A stretch of DNA of 49,454 nucleotides from Candidatus Parcubacteria bacterium (GTDB lineage: Bacteria; Patescibacteriota; Minisyncoccia; UBA6257; 2-01-FULL-56-20): assembly GCA_027449645.1 (NCBI GenBank), contig DAIDLF010000022.1, positions 1-49,454 of the forward strand. Reading direction: 5' to 3'. The position numbers and the translations under genes were made by a program. Under the pieces are notes generated by a model. It had not been told where the DNA came from. It searched no databases and was given only the letters and a program-made list of their open reading frames with translations. This document shows positions 42,732 through 49,454 of this stretch, one piece after another (position 1 is the first letter of the stretch; each line of letters opens with the position of its first letter).

Positions 42732-44025
42732 AGGAGGCAAACCGCTCTTCGGCGAGGTGACGATCGCCGGGGCAAAGAATGCGGCATCCAAGATGCTCGT
42801 GGCCTCGCTCCTCACGGAGGAGCAGTGCATTTTCAAAAGCGTGCCGGGCATCGGCGAACTGGATATCGTCTATGAGCTTTTGCGGAACATCGGCAGCCAG
42901 ATCGACGTGGCGGGGCCGACCGTAAGCGTGGCGACGCCGGTCATCGGAAACAACAAAGTGACGGAGCTTTCGCGCCGCAACCGCATTCCCATCCTCGCGC
43001 TCGGCCCGCTCCTTGCCCGCACGGGCGAGGCAGAGGTGCCGGTCCTCGGCGGCGACAAGATCGGTCCGCGGCCGGTAGACATCCATCTTGCCGGGCTTGA
43101 GAAGCTTGGCGCACGCATCGAGACGACCGACCGCAGCTTCCGGGCATGGGCGCCGGAAGGGGGCCTGCACGGCGCGGAAGTGGAACTGCGCTTCCCGAGC
43201 GTCGGCGCCACGGAGAACGTCCTGCTTGCCGCCGTCCTCGCCAAAGGGAGGACGGTCATCCGGAACGCCGCACTCGAACCGGAGATCATCGACCTCATCA
43301 AGCTCCTCCAGAAAATGGGGGCCATTATCGAGCTGCATCCGCCGCGCACCATCATGATCGAGGGCGTGGAGCGCCTCCACGGCACCGTGCACCGCGTGAT
43401 GCCGGACCGCAACGAGGCAGTATCCTTCGCATGCCTTGCGATCGCCACGAACGGGCGCATCCGCCTGCGCGGCGCCATCCAGGAACACCTCATCACCTTC
43501 CTGAATGCCGTGCGCCGGGTCGGCGGGGAATACGAGGTCTTCGAGGACGGCATCGCATTCTGGCGCGCGGGCCGCAATGGCGACGGCGCCCTTGCACCGC
43601 TCAGCATCCGCACCGACGTCCATCCCGGTTTCATGACCGACTGGCAACAGCCGCTCGCGGTCGTCCTTACCCAGGCAAATGGCACCTCGCTGATCCATGA
43701 GACGATCTACGAGGACCGGTTCGCCTATGCGAACGACCTGAACCAGATGGGCGCACATATCACGGTGGCAAACGCCTGCCCGGAAAGCGACCCGTGCCGG
43801 TTCGCCGAGAAGGCGCCGGCGCACGTAGCCTCCATCGAAGGCCCCACGCCGCTCCACAGCGCAAACCTCACCGTGCGCGACCTCCGCTCCGGCATGGTGG
43901 ACATCCTTGCCGCGCTCGTCGCCGACGGGGTTTCCGAGATCGAAGGCGTGGAAGAGATAGACCGCGGATACGAGCTCATCGATGCGCGCCTGCGCCAGCT
44001 TGGCGCGGACATCACGAGGGCCTGA
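42712..44025 (+). CDS. murA: UDP-N-acetylglucosamine 1-carboxyvinyltransferase, with Asp at the position of the catalytic Cys
   Basis: 437 aa. Contains V.I.GAKNAASK and LGGDKIGPRPVDIH. It overlaps the 3' end of glyQS by 20 nt. Confidence 0.9.
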   Translation: MAKFIVKGGKPLFGEVTIAGAKNAASKMLVASLLTEEQCIFKSVPGIGELDIVYELLRNIGSQIDVAGPTVSVATPVIGNNKVTELSRRNRIPILALGPLLARTGEAEVPVLGGDKIGPRPVDIHLAGLEKLGARIETTDRSFRAWAPEGGLHGAEVELRFPSVGATENVLLAAVLAKGRTVIRNAALEPEIIDLIKLLQKMGAIIELHPPRTIMIEGVERLHGTVHRVMPDRNEAVSFACLAIATNGRIRLRGAIQEHLITFLNAVRRVGGEYEVFEDGIAFWRAGRNGDGALAPLSIRTDVHPGFMTDWQQPLAVVLTQANGTSLIHETIYEDRFAYANDLNQMGAHITVANACPESDPCRFAEKAPAHVASIEGPTPLHSANLTVRDLRSGMVDILAALVADGVSEIEGVEEIDRGYELIDARLRQLGADITRA

Positions 44026-44032
44026 TCGCGCG

Positions 44033-44061
44033 TTGCATATTCCGGGATTTTCGCATACAAT
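44033..44061 (+). promoter_or_regulatory. Promoter of mreB
   Basis: TTGCAT at 44033-44038, a 17 nt spacer, then TACAAT at 44056-44061. It ends 7 nt before the ATG at 44069. Confidence 0.55.
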
Positions 44062-44068
44062 ACACCAT

Positions 44069-45076
44069 ATGTTTGGCAAGAAAATAGGCATAGATTTGGG
44101 TACCGCGAACACGGTGGTCTTCGTCCCCGGACGCGGTTTTATTATCAATGAACCGACCATCGTGGCGCTCACGAGGCCGGACAATACCGTGCTTGCCGTA
44201 GGTTCGGAAGCCAAGGAGATGATCGGCCGCACGCCGGACGAGATCGTGGCCTACCGTCCGCTGAAGGACGGCGTGATCGCGGACTACTACATCACAAAGG
44301 CCATGCTCACGTACTTCATCTCGAAGGCGTCGGGCTGGTTCAATGTGATGAAACCGGACGTCGTCATCTCGGTGCCTGCGGGCATCACCCAGACCGAACG
44401 CCGCGCCGTGATGAACGCCGCCCGCGAAGCGGGCGCCGGCAACGCCTTCATTGTGCGCGAACCGATCCTCGCCGCCCTGGGCGCAGGCATTCCCATCAAT
44501 GCGCGCTCCGGCAACATGATCATCAACATCGGCGGCGGCACGAGCGAACAGGCGGTGATCGCCCTCGGGAACATCGTCTCCTGGAACTCGCTCCGCATCG
44601 CCGGCAACAAGTTCGATCAGGCTATCATGGATTACGTCAAGAAAAAATATGCGCTCGCGATCGGCGAACAGACCGCGGAACAGGTGAAGATCGAGATCGG
44701 GTCCGCGATGCCGAGCAAGGAAAAAATGGAATACCAGGTCCGCGGAAGGGACCTCGTGACCGGCCTGCCGAAGGATATCGTGGTGAACTCCAATGAGATC
44801 GCCGAAGCCCTGAACCCGCTCCTCATCGAGATCGCATCCTCCGTGCAGAACGTCTTCAATGTGACGCCGCCGGAGCTCGTCGCCGACATCATGGAGAAGG
44901 GGATCATCCTCTCCGGAGGCTCCGTCCAACTGCACCACCTTCCGGAATTCTTCGAGCGTTTCCTCGGCGTACAGGCCTACGTGGCGGAGGACCCGCTGTT
45001 CTGCGTGGCCAAAGGCACCGGCCTCATCCTCAACCATCTGGACACCTACAAGAGGACCTTGCTCAACAAGCGATAA
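44069..45076 (+). CDS. mreB: Rod shape-determining protein MreB
   Basis: The start MFGKKIGIDLGTANTVVF is at 44069. Contains INEPTIVA and PLKDGVIADY, with actin-fold motifs throughout. Confidence 0.92.
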   Translation: MFGKKIGIDLGTANTVVFVPGRGFIINEPTIVALTRPDNTVLAVGSEAKEMIGRTPDEIVAYRPLKDGVIADYYITKAMLTYFISKASGWFNVMKPDVVISVPAGITQTERRAVMNAAREAGAGNAFIVREPILAALGAGIPINARSGNMIINIGGGTSEQAVIALGNIVSWNSLRIAGNKFDQAIMDYVKKKYALAIGEQTAEQVKIEIGSAMPSKEKMEYQVRGRDLVTGLPKDIVVNSNEIAEALNPLLIEIASSVQNVFNVTPPELVADIMEKGIILSGGSVQLHHLPEFFERFLGVQAYVAEDPLFCVAKGTGLILNHLDTYKRTLLNKR

Positions 45077-45086
45077 GCCGCCGCGC

Positions 45087-45923
45087 ATGATCATCGGGCA
45101 CGCCAAAACCATTGCCGACTTCAAAGAGATGACGCGTAATGGCGCGCTCGGCCATGGCTATCTTTTCTTCGGCCCGTCCATGACCGGGAAGCGCACCATC
45201 GCGCTCGGCCTCGCCAATTTTCTTGAATATGGGACATTCGATGCGCCGAAGGAAGGCAGCGTCCTGCAGGATACCAAGGTCATCGACCTGGCATTCATGC
45301 GGACCCTCGACCCCGAGGTGAAAGGAGGGTCCATCGGCATCGATGCCGTACGCGAAGTAAAACATTTCCTGTGGCAGAAGCCTAATGCAAGCCCCCGGCG
45401 CACGCTCATCATCGATACCGCAGAGCTTCTCACCAGCGAGGCCCAGAATGCCCTCCTGAAGGTTACCGAAGAGCCGCCAGCCTCATCGCTCCTCATCCTC
45501 GTGACCTCGGACGCGGAGCGCATCCTGCCCACCATCGTCTCCCGCCTGCCAAAGGTCTATTTTGGCACCGTGCCGGAACGCGACATTGCGGCATGGACCG
45601 ATGCAAAATCCGCCGCGGCGGCGCGCGGGAAACCGGGGCTCGCATGGCGGATCGCGCACGACGAGGCATTCCAGGAGGAACTTGCCGCCGCGCAGGCGTT
45701 CCTGAGAACCCCTCCCTCGGCGCGCCGCGACTTCATCAAGAAGCTGATAGAGCCCGAGACCTTCAGCCTGCACAACTTCCTGGATGCTGTTATAATGACT
45801 CTTGCGTGGGAAAAGCCGTCCAAAGCAAAAGCCGCGTTCTGGCATAAGGCCCTGCGCCTCTCCGAACAAAGCGCGAATTTCGGACTCAACCCCAGGCTCC
45901 AACTCGAAGCATTGCTGCAATAA
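45087..45923 (+). CDS. holB: DNA polymerase III delta-prime subunit-like clamp-loader protein
   Basis: 278 aa. Contains HGYLFFGPSMTGKRTIA, LIIDTAELLTSEAQNALLKVTEEPP and SRLPKVYF. Confidence 0.75.
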   Translation: MIIGHAKTIADFKEMTRNGALGHGYLFFGPSMTGKRTIALGLANFLEYGTFDAPKEGSVLQDTKVIDLAFMRTLDPEVKGGSIGIDAVREVKHFLWQKPNASPRRTLIIDTAELLTSEAQNALLKVTEEPPASSLLILVTSDAERILPTIVSRLPKVYFGTVPERDIAAWTDAKSAAAARGKPGLAWRIAHDEAFQEELAAAQAFLRTPPSARRDFIKKLIEPETFSLHNFLDAVIMTLAWEKPSKAKAAFWHKALRLSEQSANFGLNPRLQLEALLQ

Positions 45924-45928
45924 TTTCC

Positions 45929-46489
45929 ATGACCATCAAAGAACAGATCATCAAAGACCTCGAAGCGGCGCTCTCCGGCGTCACCGCGAAACTCAAGCAG
46001 GACCTTGGCCAGATCCGAGGCAATCGCCCCTCGCCGGAAATGGTCCAGGATATCCGTCTCAATCTCTACGACCAGACGCTCACCATCCGGGAACTCGGAT
46101 CGCTCTCGGTACTCCCGCCGCGCACCATCCAGATCACCGTATGGGATCCGGATGCGGTTCCGGCGATCGTAAAGGCGATCGACGGCGCCCATCTCGGCCT
46201 TTCCACCACGAACGATGGCATGAACATCCGGGCGACGCTTTCTCCGCTCGGCAACGAGCGCCGCGAGGAGATGATGAAGCTCGTAAAAAAGATCTCCGAA
46301 ACCGCCCGCATCCAGATCCGCGCGCGGCGCGACGATGCGATGACCCGCCTCAAAGATGCGGAGAAGCGGAAGGAGGCCACGGAGGACGATCTCTATAAGG
46401 GAAAAGAGGGGATCCAGAAGGCCACCGACAAGGCGAACGGGGAAGTGGAATCCCTCGCCAAAAACAAAACCGAGGAACTCGGGGAATAA
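45929..46489 (+). CDS. frr: Ribosome recycling factor
   Basis: 186 aa. Contains LGQIRGNRPSPEMVQDI and IRARRDDAMTRLKDAEK....EDDLYKGKEGIQKATDK. Confidence 0.9.
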   Translation: MTIKEQIIKDLEAALSGVTAKLKQDLGQIRGNRPSPEMVQDIRLNLYDQTLTIRELGSLSVLPPRTIQITVWDPDAVPAIVKAIDGAHLGLSTTNDGMNIRATLSPLGNERREEMMKLVKKISETARIQIRARRDDAMTRLKDAEKRKEATEDDLYKGKEGIQKATDKANGEVESLAKNKTEELGE

Positions 46490-46498
46490 CACGATATC

Positions 46499-47590
46499 AT
46501 GCTCATTGCCATCATCGTCATCGCCGGACTTTCGCTCCTCATCCTCGGCCATGAGGCGGGACACTTCTTTGCGGCAAAGATGTTCGGGCTCAAAGTGGAC
46601 GAGTTCGGCTTCGGATTCCCTCCGCGCCTTGCCGCAAAAAAATTCGGCGAGACGGAATACAGCATCAATTGGCTGCCCTTCGGCGGATTTGTGAAGATCG
46701 GCGGCGAGCGCGGCGAGCTCTCGCTCATCGACGGCGAGAGCGATTCGCCCGCCGGAAGCCTGGATCTGGTTCCCGCCCCGGGAGATCCCGATGCCGGGAT
46801 AGATCCCAAGCGCCTCTTTTATTCCCAGCCCGCATGGAAAAAGGCGGTCATCGTCCTTGCCGGCGTATTCACCAACTTCATCCTCGGCTGGCTCTTCATC
46901 ACCATCGTCCTCATCGTGGGCGTGCCGCAGACCGTCGTGATCGCCGGCGTCCAGCCGGGATCCCCGGCGGCGGCGGTCGGGATCCAGTCGGGCGACGTCC
47001 TGAAAGGCTATACCGATACGCAGAGCTTCATTGATTTTGTGAATGCGCACAAAGGGGAACCGATCAGCGTCTCGGTGCTCCGCGCCAACAAGGAGGTCAA
47101 CTTCACGGTCACCCCGCGCACGGTAACGGCGCCCAACGAGGGCGCCATCGGCGTAGCGCTCGACCAGGGCGGCGCAAAAGGGGAGAATGTTTTCCTTGCC
47201 GCACGCGACGGCGCCGAGGATGCCGGCATCCTCTCATGGCTTACCCTGAAGGCCTTCGGCGACCTCGTTCGCCAGATATTTGTCCACGCCTCCATCCCTG
47301 CCGACGTCGTGGGTCCGGTAGGCATCTTCGGCATCGCCGAAGAGACCGGCCATATCGGCCTCGCATACCTCCTGCAGTTCATCGGCATCATCTCCATCAA
47401 CCTCATGGTGGTGAATTGCATCCCGTTCCCGGCGCTCGACGGCGGCCGCTTCCTTATGGTGCTCATTGAAAAGATCAAAGGTTCGCCGTTGTCCTATACC
47501 CTGGAGGCATGGGTGAACGGGATAGGGTTCAGCCTGCTTCTGCTCCTCATGATCGTGCTCACCGTAAGGGATATCCATGGATTCTTCTGA
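46499..47590 (+). CDS. rseP: RIP metalloprotease RseP (M50 site-2 protease)
   Basis: 363 aa. Contains HEAGHFFAAKMFG, a central PDZ-like segment and NLMVVNCIPFPALDGG. Confidence 0.88.
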   Translation: MLIAIIVIAGLSLLILGHEAGHFFAAKMFGLKVDEFGFGFPPRLAAKKFGETEYSINWLPFGGFVKIGGERGELSLIDGESDSPAGSLDLVPAPGDPDAGIDPKRLFYSQPAWKKAVIVLAGVFTNFILGWLFITIVLIVGVPQTVVIAGVQPGSPAAAVGIQSGDVLKGYTDTQSFIDFVNAHKGEPISVSVLRANKEVNFTVTPRTVTAPNEGAIGVALDQGGAKGENVFLAARDGAEDAGILSWLTLKAFGDLVRQIFVHASIPADVVGPVGIFGIAEETGHIGLAYLLQFIGIISINLMVVNCIPFPALDGGRFLMVLIEKIKGSPLSYTLEAWVNGIGFSLLLLLMIVLTVRDIHGFF

Positions 47591-49077
47591 TGAAAATCTC
47601 CCTCGTTGCCCGTCCCAAAAAGAATATCGCCTTCGTATTTTTCGTTCCTGAAAAAAGCGCGGCATGCGACCAGCCTCTGGCCGCATTTCTCGGAAAGGCT
47701 GAACGGACATACCTCCGCGCCGCGGAAGGAAGCCTTCGCCTGGGGGAAGGGGAAACGCGCACGCTTATCATGCCCGGAACCGGGCGCAAGGCGATCCTCA
47801 TCGGCGCAGGAGCGCCGTCGGGCGTCTTGCACCGCAAAGCAGGCCTTCTGGCGCGCATCGCGGTGCAGGCCGCACGGAAGGAAAAAATCGAACGCTTTGC
47901 CTGTTATGCCGACCCCGGAACCGACCCCGAGGCCACGCGGGACGCCTACGAAACGGTGGCGGCGAACCTGCTTATGGCGAATTTTGAATTCGTGAAATAT
48001 AAAACCCCTCCGCCCGAAGGATTTTCCTTCGTCAAAGAGGTGGAGATGGCGGCCGCCAAGGGACCTGCCGGGCGTGACATCGCGGAAGGCATCCGGCGCG
48101 GGACGATCGTAGGCGAGGAGACGAACGCCTGCCGGATCATCGCCAACACTCCGGGCGGCGACATGACGCCCGAGCTTCTCGCCGACCACGCCGCGAACGC
48201 CGCGAAACGCGCCGGCGGCATCAAGGTGACCGTATTCGACGAAAAGAAGATGAAGGCGCTCGGCATGGGCGGAGTGCTTGGCGTCGGAAAAGGATCGGAT
48301 TCGGCGCCGCGATTCATCATCCTTGAATATCTCAAAGGGGCCAAAGGCGAGAAACCCGTGGTCTTGGTCGGCAAAGGCGTCACCTTTGATACCGGCGGTT
48401 TGAACCTCAAGCCAGGCGAGCACATTTACGAGATGCATATGGACATGTCGGGCGGCGCGGCAGTCATCCACACCCTGATCGCCGCCGCGCGCCTGAAGCT
48501 CAAGGCAAATATCGTGGCCATCGTACCCGCCGCGGAAAACATGCCTTCCGGATCAAGTTATCGTCCCGGCGATCTCCTGAAAACCATGAACGGCAAAACG
48601 ATCGAAGTGTTGAACACCGACGCCGAAGGGCGCGTGATCCTCGCCGATGCACTGGAATACGCAAAGAAGTTCAACCCCTCGCTCGTAGTGGACGTCGCAA
48701 CCCTCACCGGCGCGGCCATTGCGGCGCTCGGACTGCATTATACCGGCCTTTTTGCCACCGACGCCTCCCTTGAGGAGCGTTTCCGCGCCGCGGGCGAGGC
48801 AGTGAACGATCCGGTATGGCCCCTGCCGCTCAACGAAGCATACGAGGAGGACGTCAAAGGCACCTTCGGAGATTGGGCAAACACCGGCAAGCCCGGTGCA
48901 GGAGGAGGCGCTTCGACCGGCGCCGCATTCCTGTGGCAGTTCATCAAGGGATATCCCTGGGTGCACCTTGATATCGCCCCGCGCATGACCGCAACGGACC
49001 GCGAGTACCTCGCCAAGGGCGCCGCGGGCGCGCCGGTGAGGCTTCTGGTGCGCATCCTCGAGAGCGCAACGCGCTGA
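47590..49077 (+). CDS. pepA: Leucyl aminopeptidase (M17)
   Basis: The start MKISLVA is at 47590, in a TGATG overlap with the rseP stop. Contains VGKGVTFDTGGLNLKP and NTDAEGRVILADAL. Confidence 0.9.
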   Translation: MKISLVARPKKNIAFVFFVPEKSAACDQPLAAFLGKAERTYLRAAEGSLRLGEGETRTLIMPGTGRKAILIGAGAPSGVLHRKAGLLARIAVQAARKEKIERFACYADPGTDPEATRDAYETVAANLLMANFEFVKYKTPPPEGFSFVKEVEMAAAKGPAGRDIAEGIRRGTIVGEETNACRIIANTPGGDMTPELLADHAANAAKRAGGIKVTVFDEKKMKALGMGGVLGVGKGSDSAPRFIILEYLKGAKGEKPVVLVGKGVTFDTGGLNLKPGEHIYEMHMDMSGGAAVIHTLIAAARLKLKANIVAIVPAAENMPSGSSYRPGDLLKTMNGKTIEVLNTDAEGRVILADALEYAKKFNPSLVVDVATLTGAAIAALGLHYTGLFATDASLEERFRAAGEAVNDPVWPLPLNEAYEEDVKGTFGDWANTGKPGAGGGASTGAAFLWQFIKGYPWVHLDIAPRMTATDREYLAKGAAGAPVRLLVRILESATR

Positions 49078-49094
49078 TATGGTATACTGAAGCC

Positions 49095-49400
49095 ATGGAC
49101 CCATCATTTATCCACGCCGACATCTTTTTTTTCATCACCACGATTGCGGTGATCATCGTATCCTTGGCATGCACGGTGGCGCTCGTCTATCTCGCGATCA
49201 TCCTCAATGACGTAAGGGAGGTGACGCGGCACATCAAGGAAGAGGCGGCGCTGATCCGCGAAGATATCGAGACCCTCCGCAGCGACGTGCGGAACAAGGG
49301 ATTGCGCGCGGCCCGCATGTGGACCTTTTTCCAGACATTCTTCAAACGCGCATCGGCGCCGGCGTCAAGGTCGAAAAGCAAAAACGCATCCAAAGATTAA
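49095..49400 (+). CDS. Small TM plus coiled-coil protein (DUF948-like)
   Basis: 101 aa with one TM helix and then a charged helix. TATACT at 49083-49088 ends 6 nt before the ATG. Confidence 0.45.
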   Translation: MDPSFIHADIFFFITTIAVIIVSLACTVALVYLAIILNDVREVTRHIKEEAALIREDIETLRSDVRNKGLRAARMWTFFQTFFKRASAPASRSKSKNASKD

Positions 49401-49423
49401 TTTATCGTAAAACCGCATCAACT

Positions 49424-49454
49424 ATGAAAAAGACCACCAAGAAAGGCATGGGAA
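49424..49454 (+). CDS. 5' end of an unidentified ORF running off the window
   Basis: ATG at 49424 (MKKTTKKGMG...). Too short to classify. Confidence 0.25.
   Translation, partial: MKKTTKKGMG

Noticed and set aside
1-49454. Use of an alternative genetic code, such as UGA-recoding as in some candidate phyla.
   Set aside because: All recognisable conserved genes read through at full expected length with TGA, TAA and TAG as stops. No conserved gene is interrupted by an in-frame stop.

Overview
High-GC bacterial chromosome segment: hand counts on sample lines give about 60% G+C. Genes are densely packed on both strands, and standard code 11 fits throughout. The gene content and the many shortened housekeeping proteins suggest a small-genome, possibly Patescibacteria/CPR-like organism, but that lineage call is inference only.

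Most of the window is core housekeeping:
- Glycolysis: gpmI, eno, pyk.
- Replication and repair: rarA, dnaX, holB, recO and a PIF1-like helicase.
- Chromosome segregation: scpAB.
- Cell wall and shape: a D,D-carboxypeptidase, mraY, murA, mreB.
- Translation: rpsB, tsf, frr, glyQS, tRNA-Tyr, tRNA-Gln.
- Proteolysis: rseP, pepA.

Accessory modules:
- A MarR-controlled efflux operon with two HlyD adaptors and a DHA2 MFS pump.
- An HxlR regulator paired with a nitroreductase.
- An ArsR regulator with a DUF302-glutaredoxin fusion.
- A flavin-based membrane redox locus: an FMN-binding protein plus an RnfD-like/FNR fusion.
- An ECF-type sigma cassette bracketed by a near-identical 272-bp inverted repeat. 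The repeat lies inside two paralogous FMN-binding genes.

The stand-out region is about 25.1-30.4 kb. It is a low-GC island wedged between the helicase terminator and the 3' end of tRNA-Gln. It carries:
- A phiX/Microviridae-type HUH rolling-circle Rep with a phiX-like nick-site motif just upstream.
- A translationally coupled large serine recombinase whose reading frame runs into the tRNA gene.
- A very AT-rich cargo cassette of orphan small ORFs, one with an HEPN-like Rx4H motif.
- A probable recombinase remnant.

No capsid-sized genes, CRISPR array, rRNA or reverse transcriptase were seen. All functional calls rest on motif recognition by eye, not on database searches.
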